DNA of 64,000 nucleotides, from NCBI GenBank assembly GCA_963765875.1, contig CAVXYK010000029.1, positions 111,153-175,152 on the forward strand. The letters are read 5' to 3'. This DNA is from an uncultured Chloroflexia bacterium. GTDB lineage: Bacteria > Chloroflexota > Anaerolineae > Caldilineales > Caldilineaceae. The translations under genes and the position numbers were made by a program. How positions within the stretch are numbered: position 1 is the first letter of the stretch; every line of letters starts with the position of its first letter. Positions 36,661-44,539 of this stretch are shown here, in pieces. Under the pieces are notes generated by a model. It ran no database searches. It was not told the DNA's origin and worked only from the letters and a program-made list of their open reading frames with translations.

Positions 36661-37699
36661 CTACCTAATCACCAAAACCGACTTCACATTCTCCCCCTCC
36701 TCCATCTTGGAGAAGGCTTCTTCCCATTGGTCCAGCCCATAGACGCCGCCGATGACCGCGTCCATGTTGAGCTTGCCGTCGGCCATGAGGCGCAGGACGC
36801 GCTCCCAGGTGGCGTAGGTGTGGCTGAAACTGCCCTGCAGCGTGACCGCTTTTTGCACCAGCGGGTCCAGGCTGAAGTCCATCGGCTGTGGTCCCCAGCC
36901 GATCTTGGTGATGCGCCCGCCGGCCCGCACCATCTCCATGGACTGTTGCAGCGCCCGAGAGACGCCGGTGCAGTCGACCACCAGGTCGGCCCCGAAGCCG
37001 TCGCCCAGATCCTGAATCAACTCCATGGGATCCTGGCGCTGGATATTGATGGCGTAGTCCGCGCCCAATTCGGCGGCGACCTCCAGCCGACGCTCGTCGA
37101 CATCCGTACCGAGCACGATGATGGGCCCGGCCCCGCGCAGCTTGGCTACCTGCAAGGCCATGATGCCGATGGGCCCCGGCCCCTGGATGACGGTCATGTC
37201 GCCCGGCTTGATCTCGGTCTTCTCCACCAGCGCGTTCATGGCCACGCAGACCGGTTCGGTGAGGGCGGCATGCTCAAAGGGCACATGCTCGGGGATGCGA
37301 TGCAGAATCTGCGGACGTGCGGCCACGTACTCGGTCATGGATGCCGCCGATCAGCGCGCCGTAGCCCAGCCGGTGCGGGCAGAGATTGTACTCGCCACTG
37401 AGGCAATAGGTACACTGGCCGCAGACTGTGGCCGCAGTCTCGCAGGCCACCCGGTCGCCTACTGAAAAGCCGGTCACGTTGGCCCCGACATCGACCACGG
37501 TCGCCGAAAATTCATGGCCGAGCACCAGCGGTAAGTTGATCTTCCAGCTCTGATGCTCGCGCCACATGTGTACATCGCTGCCGCAGACGCCCACCGCCTG
37601 CACCTTCAACAACACCTGGTCCGGCGACATCACCGGTTCAGCCACCTCCCGCACCTCCACGGCACGGTCTTCGTATGCGTATTTGACGACGGCTTGCAT
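36661..37699 (-). CDS. Zn-dependent medium-chain alcohol/polyol dehydrogenase, one apparent frameshift near 37335
   Basis: GVCGSDVHMW, LGHEFSATVVDVG and CGQCTYCLSGEYNLC (ORF 37274..37699) continue as MTEYVAARPQ...VIQGPGPIGIMALQ (ORF 36661..37338). Confidence 0.8.
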
Positions 37700-37734
37700 G
37701 GGATAGATCCTTGGCTAATATTGGATGATTTGTT

Positions 37735-37866
37735 GTGCTGCTTGCTGCGTGATTTTTTTTAGACCTATGCTCAACGCGATTGGGAACTTGTTGATTGAAC
37801 TAACTGATCCCAATCGCGAATCCGGATACTATCCGGAAAACTCACGCAGCAAGAAGCACGCAGCAG
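37735..37866. repeat. Inverted-repeat-bounded intergenic cassette C (empty; left repeat truncated to 18 nt)
   Basis: GTGCTGCTTGCTGCGTGA (37735..37752) and TCACGCAGCAAGAAGCACGCAGCAG (37842..37866). The core is homologous to cassette B (CGATTGGRAACTKGTTGA, CGAATYCGGATACT). Confidence 0.85.
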
Positions 37867-37889
37867 ATTCCCGCTCAGTATACCTTCCA

Positions 37890-38777
37890 TCAAAAATACT
37901 TGTCCCTCATCCCCTTCAAAAAGTCCACCGACTCCTTCATCTCGCCCATGCCGTTCATGCCGTCTTCGATGCTGACCCAGCCGTCGTAGCCGGCGTCGGC
38001 GAGGAGGGAGAAGATGGTATCGTAGTCGTTGAGACCCTGGCCGGTGATGCCATGCTGGAGCATGTCGGGATAGCCGATCATGCCGTCGGCCTGGAGCACG
38101 TCGTCCAGGGTGGAGCCTTCGGTCAGGTAGCGGTCGCTGGCGTGAACGCTGACGACGCGGTCGACCACGGCGCGCAGCAACGCGATGGGATCATCGCCGG
38201 CCACGATGGAGTTGGAGGGATCGTACTGGACGCCGAAATAGTCACGCTCGGGGATGGCGTCAAGCACCTTGAGGAAGACATCCATACGCTGGGCGAACTC
38301 GGGATAGAGCCAGTGTCCATCTTTGTAGTGGTTCTCCAGACCAAGAATGATGTCATACTCACGCGCCACCGGCAGCAATTGCTCGATGCACTCCTTGACC
38401 CAGGCCACGCCTTGTTCGACGCTGACCTCAGGATAGCGCTGGCCGGTGAGCACGCGGCAGATGGCCTTTGGCCCACCCATGCGCCGGGTGACCGCGATCA
38501 TCTCAGCCTCGTGGTCGACGGCCTGTTTGCGGGCATCGGCGTCCGGGTTGGTGAAGTCGGGTGAGCAGCACATCATGGGCATGGCGTAGCCAGCTCCGTG
38601 GATGGCATCGGCCACTGAATCGACATAGTCGTCGTCAATCTGCCAGAGAAAGCCTTCGTACATCTCCAGCCCCTCTGCGCCCAATGGCTCAGCCATCTTG
38701 ATCCAATCAAAGACGCTCATAGTGCGGTCATAGGAGATGGCGTCGAGATAGCACTTGGGAAATGCGGATATTTTCAT
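37890..38777 (-). CDS. Sugar phosphate isomerase/epimerase (xylose isomerase-like TIM barrel)
   Basis: ATG 38777 (MKISAFPKCYLD...). LGLENHY, VQYDPSN, VSIEDG motifs. The track start at 38882 is unlikely. Confidence 0.7.
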   Translation of the reverse strand: MKISAFPKCYLDAISYDRTMSVFDWIKMAEPLGAEGLEMYEGFLWQIDDDYVDSVADAIHGAGYAMPMMCCSPDFTNPDADARKQAVDHEAEMIAVTRRMGGPKAICRVLTGQRYPEVSVEQGVAWVKECIEQLLPVAREYDIILGLENHYKDGHWLYPEFAQRMDVFLKVLDAIPERDYFGVQYDPSNSIVAGDDPIALLRAVVDRVVSVHASDRYLTEGSTLDDVLQADGMIGYPDMLQHGITGQGLNDYDTIFSLLADAGYDGWVSIEDGMNGMGEMKESVDFLKGMRDKYF

Positions 38778-38883
38778 GATTGTACTGATCCTCGTTGATC
38801 TTTCATTGTGGTTGCGACCATTTCTATTCTGCACCCGAACGACCCGATTGGCAAGCATTTCAAAAATAGATAGCGCCTCCAAT

Positions 38884-38917
38884 CAAAAAGAAGGAACGCC
38901 AAAGTTGGCGTTCCTTC
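38884..38917 (-). terminator. Rho-independent terminator after the lipoprotein gene
   Basis: Stem AAGGAACGCC / GGCGTTCCTT followed by a T-tract on the minus strand (CTTCTTTTTGATT). Confidence 0.75.
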
Positions 38918-38939
38918 CTGAGAAAGTCAGAACAGAAAT

Positions 38940-39992
38940 TTACTGGACCGGGAAATTGACCGTCAGCGACACGCCCATCTGGCTCAACAGAGGCAGCACC
39001 TGTTGCAGCGGACCCTTGATGGCGCTCAACGCTTTGCCCGCACCTTCGGACATGTTGCCGCCCAAATCGATGAGATCAAACAGCTCTTGATTGTCATCAA
39101 ATTTGATGAAGGGCATAATCTCGCCATTTACCTTGATCAGAATACCGCTGGGCGTGACACTCAAACCAACACTTTCAATACCCATATCGGTGATGCTCTC
39201 AACCTGATCCGCCTCCAGGTTGGCAGCAGCCAATTGGCCCTGAATCATGCCCATCATCAGCGGATTGATGCCGGCCAGTTCAAACGAGCCATCCTCGGCA
39301 TAGTTGAGTTCCAATGCCAGCGCAGCCTCTGCGTTGGCAATCGCCTGCAAGTCAGTGGCAGCCAACGAATCAACAGATTGATCGCTATAGGTCATGGGTA
39401 TTTCAGACTCGCCGGCAGCGACAGGGAAGCGCAAGGCAAAGTTCATACCCAACTGAGGCAGAAGCGGCAGTAGCTTGCCGGCGTCGCCAATATCCTGGCC
39501 TGTGGCCTCAAGCACGCCCACGACCGAAGTCAACACGTCGGCATCCCAAACCAGGGCCGGGGCAGCTTTGCTGTTGATGTAAATCAACATGCCATTGGGC
39601 TGGTTGGAGAGCTGAACATGCTGAACATTCGCGTCCATCAGCCGCGCGACCGTCTCTGGATCCATAGAGATGCTGGACAAATCTTGGCCGAGCGATTCAC
39701 CCAATTCCGCCGCGGGAATGCCGGCGATGGTGGCTTCGCCCTGCTCATCAAAATCGACGTAGATCATCGGGATGTCGACAACCAGTTCATCTGCCGGAGC
39801 CGGAGCCGGGGCTGCATCACCGATACGCGGGCCACAGCCCGCCAGAAGCAGCATGGAGACCAGAAGCAGAGCTGTCAGTACCCAATACGCCTTGTGCTGG
39901 TAACTGTTACGTATGTGTCGCACTGTTCTTTTCCTCTTTTTGAATGAATTCGATTGGCTGATTGGCGAAAGCATGATCAATAGCGTGATCAA
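38940..39992 (-). CDS. Hypothetical secreted lipoprotein with an internal duplication
   Basis: Lipobox LLLAGC after a hydrophobic segment. Repeated ...LPLLPQLGMNFALRFPV / ...LPLLSQMGVSLTVNFPV. True start within the ORF is uncertain. Confidence 0.5.
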   Translation of the reverse strand: MITLLIMLSPISQSNSFKKRKRTVRHIRNSYQHKAYWVLTALLLVSMLLLAGCGPRIGDAAPAPAPADELVVDIPMIYVDFDEQGEATIAGIPAAELGESLGQDLSSISMDPETVARLMDANVQHVQLSNQPNGMLIYINSKAAPALVWDADVLTSVVGVLEATGQDIGDAGKLLPLLPQLGMNFALRFPVAAGESEIPMTYSDQSVDSLAATDLQAIANAEAALALELNYAEDGSFELAGINPLMMGMIQGQLAAANLEADQVESITDMGIESVGLSVTPSGILIKVNGEIMPFIKFDDNQELFDLIDLGGNMSEGAGKALSAIKGPLQQVLPLLSQMGVSLTVNFPVQ

Positions 39993-40055
39993 TGGGCTGA
40001 AATGCTGAAGATGTACCCATTTTATAGCACACCCTTAGGCCACGGTCAATCAAGA

Positions 40056-40373
40056 TTATTGACGTCCTGGTAACACATCGGCGGGTGACGTAGCGATCTC
40101 AAGAAGAAGTAGTCCCCTCATGGCAGCCTCGTTGGAGTCACGACACATCTCCATTGCGGGTCCAAGCCGGACACAAACTTGCGGTCGTTCGGGCAGGCCA
40201 AAGAGCTTGCACCGGTTGTCATTCGTCAGCTGGACACAGCGAACACCGGCCGGTTTGCCATTCGGCATACCAGGGATCGGCGAAGAGATCGACGGCGCAA
40301 TACAGCAGGCTCCGCAGCCCAAACGACAGTCCATGGCTGTTTCAGGTCTTTCGTCCTTCTTCATGCTCTTCAT
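40056..40373 (-). CDS. YkgJ-family cysteine-cluster protein
   Basis: CRLGCGACCIAPSISS...RCVQLTNDNRCKLFG...PQVC pattern. Start taken at MKSMKK. Confidence 0.65.
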   Translation of the reverse strand: MKSMKKDERPETAMDCRLGCGACCIAPSISSPIPGMPNGKPAGVRCVQLTNDNRCKLFGLPERPQVCVRLGPAMEMCRDSNEAAMRGLLLLEIATSPADVLPGRQ

Positions 40374-40516
40374 GGATCGGCGTGAATCAGATTCGTTTTC
40401 CCGACTCGGTTTCAGGGGGCGGCAAAACACAAGAATCCCGCCGAATACAGCTTGCTTGACAGCTACTTCGATAGTGTATCACATATGCTTGCGGCTGGGT
40501 TAAAAATCCGTGCGCA

Positions 40517-40707
40517 CCAAGCTAAGGATTATGTTAAACCCGCCACCGGTTCACACCGGCGTACAGCAACGGCTGAAGCCGGCTGCCAACAGCGAAAAGC
40601 GCCCTCAGGCGCTAGAGCTCAGCCGCTGAGGCGGCTTTTCGCTGTTAGCGGCGGGATTTATCCCTGCCGAAACCGACGACAGCGCTAGACATAACGCTTA
40701 GCTTGAT
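40517..40707. repeat. MITE-like structured element, second copy (inverted relative to 14093..14284)
   Basis: Its reverse complement aligns along the full length with 14093..14284 (same termini CAAGCTAAGG... / ...CTTAGCTTGAT, same internal hairpins such as GGCAGGGATAAATCCCGCC). Flanked by GGGTTAAAAA.CC hairpin copies. Confidence 0.85.
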
Positions 40708-40791
40708 GCGCACGGGTTAAAAACCCGGCGCTAACATACGGAAGCCTAACCACCTTTTGCCAACCAAAGACTGCAAAACCTATACTGTCGG

Positions 40792-43700
40792 CATGAACAA
40801 CCCGCCAACCCATCTGCATGTGCATTCGCACTTCAGCCTATTGTCAGCCACACCCTCGATCCAATCGCTATTGCGACCGCGCCGTGGCCGATAGTCTGAC
40901 CCATCTGGCGCTCACAGACACTAGTTCACTCTATGGGGCAGTCCAGTTTTCCAATGCTTGCCAGGCAGTCGGCATCCAGCCCATCATCGGTATGTCGACC
41001 CGCGTTCAATCGCTTGACACCGAAGAGGTGTCAGAGCCCGGTCGCATGCTCGTGCTTCTGGCCACCGGCCAAGCCGGCTACCGCTCACTCTGCCGGCTCT
41101 CTTCGCAATTGCAGGCCAGGCCAGACCGCGAAGAAAGGATGGTTCGAGGACTCGACTGGGCGACATTGAAGGAAAATGCGGACGGGATCATCTGTCTTTC
41201 GGGTGGACGACAGGGCTGGATCGAATGCTGTCTGCGCGCCGGAGAAAACATGGGCGCTGCACGATATGCGGGTCAACTCGGCGGCATATTCGGCAGCCGG
41301 GCCTACCTCTCACTCGAACTGCATGGCGAGAAAGACCACTCGACGGCCCGTGCCATCATGGCGCTGGGCAATCGCTTTGGACTACGTACGGTCGCTGTGC
41401 AACCGGTCTACACAATGCTGCCATCGGACCGCGCTCACCTGCGACTGCTGCGCGCCATCGACCGCAACTGTCCGCTGACCGAACTGCCGGCCGACGCCAT
41501 GCCGGACGCCGGACTGGACTCCAGACTGGACGGAGATGAAACGTCCATAGGACTGCACTGGCTCTCACCAGCCGAGCTCACCCAGCGCTTCGACGCTTTC
41601 CCCGATGCGCTGGCCGCCGTCGAAGAGATTACGTCGCTCTGCCAACCGGCCCTGCCCGACAGCAATCCCATCTGGCCCAGGCCTGCCTTGCCATCTGACA
41701 TCCCAGCCGACACACCTGTGGAAGAGGCGTTGTCCACCCTCGCAGCCGCCGGTCTAGCAGATCGATACGCGCGGTAGAGACGCAACATCTTGCGTCTCCG
41801 AAACGCCGTCAGACAGGTCGGCCACAGATAGTGCAGCCGACGGAGACGCAAGATGTTGCGTCTCCGAAACGCCGTCAGACAGGTCGGCCACAGATAGTGC
41901 AGCCGACGGAGACGCAACATCTTGCGTCTCCGAAACGCCGTCAGACAGGTCGGCCACAGATAGTGCAGCCGACGGAGACGCAGGATGTTGCGTCTCCGAA
42001 ACACCGTCAGACAGGTCGACCACAGATAGTGCAGACGACGGAGACGCAAGATGTTGCGTCTCCGAAACACCGTCAGACAGGTCGACCACAGATAGTGCAG
42101 ACGATGGAGACGCAAGATGTTGCGTCTCCGAAACACCGTCAGACAGGTCGACCACAGATAGTGCAGCCGACGGAGACGCAAGATATTACGTCTCTACCGA
42201 TGTGACGGACCGACTGACGCGTGAACTAGCCGTCATCAACGAACATGGATTTGCACCCCTATTCCTGGTCGTGGCGGATGTCGTGCGCCATGCACGCGAG
42301 CAGGGAATCCCGGTCAGTACACGCGGCAGCGTGGCCAATTCGCTGGTCGCCTACTGCACCGGCATCACCACCGTCGATCCCATCGAGCACGATCTACTCT
42401 TCGAACGTTTCTTGAATCCGGCGCGCATCACGCCGCCCGACATCGATCTGGATTTTTGCAGCCGTCGCAGAGACGAGGTGCTCAACTATGTGCGCGAGAC
42501 CTACGGCGCTGACCATGTTGCCCTGGTCGCAACCATCAGCACCATGCGCCCCAAGTCCGCAGTGCGCGAGACGGGCAAGGCCTATGGCCTCGACAATGCC
42601 GCGATTTCACGCCTGACACGCCTGCTTCCCGGCGGCTGGCATCCGGACCCTCGCCGGCGAGACCGGCGCAAGTTGCCCGACATTCTGGAACAGGTCGCCG
42701 ATCCGACCGATCGGCAGGTGCTGAGCGACGCCTACGCCATCGTCGGCACGCCCCACCACCTGAGCATCCATCCTGGCGGCGTGGTCATCACGCCAGGGCC
42801 CCTTACAGACCGCTTGCCCTTGCAGTGGACGGCCAAGGGATTCCTCATCACCCAGTTTGATCACAACGATGTAGAGCAGATCGGCCTGCCCAAGATCGAC
42901 CTGCTGGGCATCCGCGCCCTGACGGTGCTGGCCGATGCCACTGCTTTGGTGCGCAAACACCACGACGCCGGTTTCACGCTTGATCAGATCGATGAAGGCG
43001 ATCCTGAGACGGAGCAGATGCTGAGTCAGGGCGATACTGTGGGCGTCTTCCAATGCGAGTCGACGGGGGCCAGACGGACGCTGCGCCAGCTCAAGGTACG
43101 CAGCGTCCGTGACCTGGCTGTGGCCAACGCCTTTTTCAAGCCGGGTCCGGCCACGGGCGGCATGGCCCAGGCCTTCATTCGTCGCTATCGTGGCGAAGAG
43201 CCGGTCCACTACCTGCATGAAACCTTGACGCCGATTCTGAATCCGACCAAGGGCGTGCTGCTCTTCCAGGAACAGATTTTGCGTGTGGCCAGGGAGATTG
43301 CCGGATTGAGTTGGGAAGAGGCCGACCATCTGCGCCGGGGCATGAGCAAATTCCAGACTGCTGAGATGAAAGCCATGCGTGAGCGTTTTGTGGCCGGTTG
43401 TGTGCAAGCGAAGCCGGACGGCCCCGGCTTCTCACCGACCCAGGCAACGACGCTTTGGGAGCAGGTCGAGGCCTTCGCCGGTTACGGCTTCAACCAGGGG
43501 CACGCCACGGCCTATGCCGATGTGAGCTATCGATCGGCCTACATCAAGGCACACTGGCCGGCCGAGTTCTGCGCAGCGCGTCCAGTCGATTGGGGCGGTT
43601 TTCATCACCAGGCGATCTACATTGCCGAAGCAAAACGGCTGGGCATCCCGGTGCGACCGCCTCACGTCAATCAGAGCGGTCGCAAGTTCACCTTGACACG

Positions 43701-44364
43701 CCACAATGGCATACCTGTGCTGTGGATGGGGCTGGGACAAGTTCGAGACCTGCGCCGCACGTCCGTTGCCCAGATCATGGCGCAACGAGCAGAGCGCCCT
43801 TTCGTGGATCTGGCCGATCTCTTGCGCCGCGTGCAATTCCAGGCCAAGGAGATCCGCCATCTTATCCAATGTGGAGCGCTGGATGGGCTGGGCGACAGCC
43901 GTGCGGCCATGCTCGCGCAGTCGATCGAGCTGTGGCGTGCCGGCGGCGCACAACAGATGGCCTTCAGCTTCACGGCTGAGCCGCCGCCGCCCGAAACTGC
44001 CGAGGACCGCCTCCAATGGGAGCGCCACCTCCTGGGGCTGCCGCTCACCGATCATCCCTTGGATGTCGCTGCGGCGTATGCCCCTCCCGTTGGATTACCG
44101 GTTGTCCCGCTGCAAAACGTTGCAGACAGTGCAGGCAGACCCTGCGTGGTGCGCGCGGTTCGTCTGCCCGGCTGGACCGGCGGCAAAGGTTTTTTTGTCG
44201 GGGATCGCCGGACATACGCGGTGGCCATCGCCGCAAAAGGGCTTGCCTCGCCCAAGCCATGGCAACCGCTGGCGTTGCGCGGCCGTTGGCGGGTAGATGA
44301 ATGGGGCGGAGGTTGGCTGCAAATGGATGGGATTGAGATGTTGGAAAAGCAGGAAGGTGAGTAG
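40792..44364 (+). CDS. dnaE: DNA polymerase III alpha subunit (DnaE family) with two apparent frameshifts and an internal tandem-repeat insertion
   Basis: ATG 40792 MNNPPTHLHVHSHFSLL (PHP) shifts near 40870 into ORF 40818..41777. This stops at the TAG of the GTAG repeat head. The C-terminal frame (open from 41758) runs through the repeats into DRLTRELAVINEHGFAPLFLVVADVV...RGSVANSLVAYCTGITTVDP...FNQGHATAYA (ORF 42202..44364). Confidence 0.85.
41774..42197 (+). repeat. Tandem array of 6 x 66-nt units plus a terminal hairpin, bounded by GTAG ... CTAC, inside dnaE
   Basis: Unit GAGACGCAA-GATG/CATC-TTGCGTCTC CGAAACRCCGTCAGACAGGTCGRCCACAGATAGTGCAGMCGAYG. Units start at 41777, 41843, 41909, 41975, 42041, 42107 and 42173. 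Confidence 0.95.
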
Positions 44365-44370
44365 GTTCTG

Positions 44371-44449
44371 TGTAGGTGCGGTTTGGAACCGCACAATTCT
44401 CATGACGTTCAGAGGTAGCCATTGATCGTGCGGTTGCAAACCGCACCTA
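44371..44449. repeat. REPIN-like inverted hairpin pair with GTAG/CTAC ends
   Basis: GTAGGTGCGGTTTGGAACCGCAC (44371..44393), a 33-nt spacer, then GTGCGGTTGCAAACCGCACCTAC (44427..44449), just after the dnaE stop. Confidence 0.8.
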
Positions 44450-44539
44450 CGCCATCCCCGTGTTATTTCGTAAAATCCCAATATCCCGGACTCTGAAATG
44501 TCAAATGAACCTGGTCAAGCCAGAAAGCCCCAGGCGACC

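Noticed and set aside
41435-42205. ORFs 41435..42181(-), 41754..42155(-) and 41831..42205(+) across the dnaE repeat array
   Set aside because: These periodic translations of the 66-nt unit are unconnected to flanking coding sequence. Only the plus frame contiguous with the DnaE C-terminus is considered meaningful.
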